This document shows, piece after piece, positions 62,000 to 64,000 of a DNA stretch of 64,000 nt; position 1 is the first letter of the stretch, and each line of letters starts with the position of its first letter. The position numbers were made by a program, and so were the translations under genes. A model generated the notes under the pieces. The model was not told the origin of the DNA. It worked only from the letters and a program-made list of their open reading frames with translations, and ran no database searches. This DNA comes from Isurus oxyrinchus. Lineage: Eukaryota. The stretch is taken from NCBI GenBank assembly GCA_026770705.1, contig JANJGN010000035.1, forward strand, positions 13,578,001 to 13,642,000, in the 5' to 3' direction.

Positions 62000-62748
62000 C
62001 TGTTATCCAAACAGAACAAAGATTTCCATGCAAATAAATTCACCCTTTTATTTATATTTCCAAATGATGCATCAAGATTGGGAGTCAGCTACACCTAAAC
62101 TGACAAAAAAAACAATCAGCGACTAAGCTGATTAAACATTAACCTATTTACCAGTTAGACAACAGCCGAAAGTTCAGTTGAAACAAGAAAATATATAAAT
62201 AAATAATCGGTTGTATATTTTAAATAAAAGTCCAATATCTGATAACTTGTCACTGCATTAAGTACATAACCAGTGCTGAATACAACATGGCTCAAATAAA
62301 ACTTGACATTTCCGTTCAGAGCTTTCGAGATGGAAGACGCTCATCAACATCTTAAGTTGTCCATGTACATGACGAAGCAATGGGCAATCGAGAGTGCCAT
62401 CTGATGCAACTGTCTGACGCTCTTCCACGAGAATGTTCGCAGCCAGGTATCCCTGGAGAGGGATCACGCATTGTATGCTGGCATTGCCGAATCCTTCCAT
62501 ACTTGCTGGACACTGCGGGGGTTGGGCTGCTTTATTGACCTTTTTAAACACACTTTGCTTTCACGTTTGTAACTTGCCTTTAAATGTTGTCTTCGTCTTT
62601 ACTGTTTCAATTTAAGTGGCTGAGCTTTACGTTGTCCCTTAATTTGAAAACTTAGTTTATATGGTTGACTCAAAACAGTTATACAGAACACAAAAGCTTT
62701 CAATAAGTTGTTTTTTCAATGATTCTGAAGGAGAGAACTTGAGCGTTT

Positions 62749-62866
62749 CTGAAAATAAAGAGACATACTGAATGTTTTCGTCTTGCACTCATCTGGCCAG
62801 TTGGTCAACTTGCGAAGTAATCTGATGGGTGCAAGATAAAAAGCTTCAACATGTCTCTTTTTTCAG
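62749..62866. repeat. ~118-bp imperfect inverted repeat of two hammerhead-like arms
   Basis: Left arm ctgaaaataaagagacatactgaatgttttcgtcttgcactcatctg versus the reverse complement of the right arm ctgaaaaaagagacatgttgaagctttttatcttgcacccatcag. Confidence 0.75.
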
Positions 62867-64000
62867 CCACACTCTGGTGAGAACTTACAATTTAGGACGT
62901 GAATTTCAACGTAACCTTTGGGCTGAAAATATTAAACAATCATATAATATCTGAATACTCATGGCGATGCACTTTTAACAATTTGGTGTCCCTTTAACTT
63001 TGAAGTCCACCTTAAAGTGCATGGTATCAGAAAGGCGGTGGTGCCCACGCAGCAGGATTGCACTGGGAGGTAAGGTTGGGCGTCGAGGAATGGACTGTTA
63101 ACTTCATAGTGATTAGAGTGCGCCAACGCCCAACGTGACAATTGGCCCACATTGGAAGTCAACCACATTGATGCGGGCCTGGAATCACATGTAGGCCAAG
63201 CCATTTAAGGACCGCAGATTTTCTTCCCTAAAGGAATTCAGGGGAAAAAATGGGTTTTTATAAACAATCGACAATGGTTTCATGGTCATCATTAGACATT
63301 CCTTTCATTCCAGATTTTTACATAATTCAAATTTCCCCACATGCCAAAGAGAGACCGATCTCTGACATGCCAGTCCAGTGGCAAAAACGTTATTCCAAAT
63401 CCTCCTGTGATCGACATTCATGGAGGAGATGGAACACAATATGAACTGAATCTCCAAATTCTGGTTGAAGCAGAGACTTCTAAGAATCAGTGATAGAGCA
63501 GAAAACTTGGGCCCAGTGCCTGTTCCCTCAGGTGGGTTTGTGCAAACACTGTAAGTCACTGAGATTGCCCTTCACGGCCAAGTCTCAGTAGTTCGTGTCA
63601 GCTAAGAACATGAATGTGGAGAGAGAGTAGACAATTTCTGGACTGTTTCATCATCAACCCCATATGCCTCTCCACCGTATTGTCAGGTTAGCAATACAAA
63701 TGCATTTCTTAAAATTAAAATGCTTTGATCAAAGTCTACTCATCTTCATTTTTCTGCATCGTGCACCTGGTGATGAATCTGTGGTGGATAGACACATAGT
63801 CTGGTGAAAGAAAACAAATGCATCAATGTTAATTGCTCTTTCTGGGATGTTCGAATTTCGCCAGCCTTCGGCTGAGGCAGAGTACACTCGCCTCCCTTAA
63901 TCCTGATAACCGTCCTGTGCAAGTTAAAGTCTCATTAGTTTACCTGCCCACTGACAACACATTGCTAAGGGTAATAGCTGGAACTATTACACTTCGCAAT

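Larger units (their letters stand above)
48226..63985 (+). repeat. Segmental duplication, copy 2 (probably continues past the window end)
   Basis: Same order as copy 1: CR1/PLE end, terminal exon, CR1, SINE, 37-bp and 43-bp arrays, HER1 end, micro-exon, Tx1 fragment, hairpin, SINE. Confidence 0.9.

Overview
Eukaryotic, repeat-rich DNA, most likely from a cartilaginous fish (elasmobranch-type HE1-like SINEs, HER1/CR1 and Tx1 LINEs, Penelope-like elements). I see no intact protein-coding gene: the supplied ORFs are mostly spurious or transposon-derived. Four things stand out. (1) An old direct segmental duplication: ~1-16470 is repeated at ~48226-63985 with copy-specific insertions. (2) Heavily decayed immunoglobulin-superfamily exon remnants whose motifs and exon layout resemble the CD4/LAG-3 family: a CD4-like fossil at ~22.3-28.1 kb (-), a LAG-3-like fossil at ~30.2-32.1 kb (-), a weaker third unit at ~38-45.8 kb (-), and inverted (+) domains at ~51.2-51.5 kb and ~55.5-56.3 kb. 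(3) Three minisatellites (37, 43 and 33 bp units) that appear to be derived from transposons. (4) A tRNA-Lys pseudogene with a TTA anticodon, plus several hammerhead-ribozyme-like remnants of Penelope-type ends. The Ig assignments come from by-eye translation across stops and frameshifts and need a homology search. Repeat boundaries are approximate and family names are from recall of consensus sequences.
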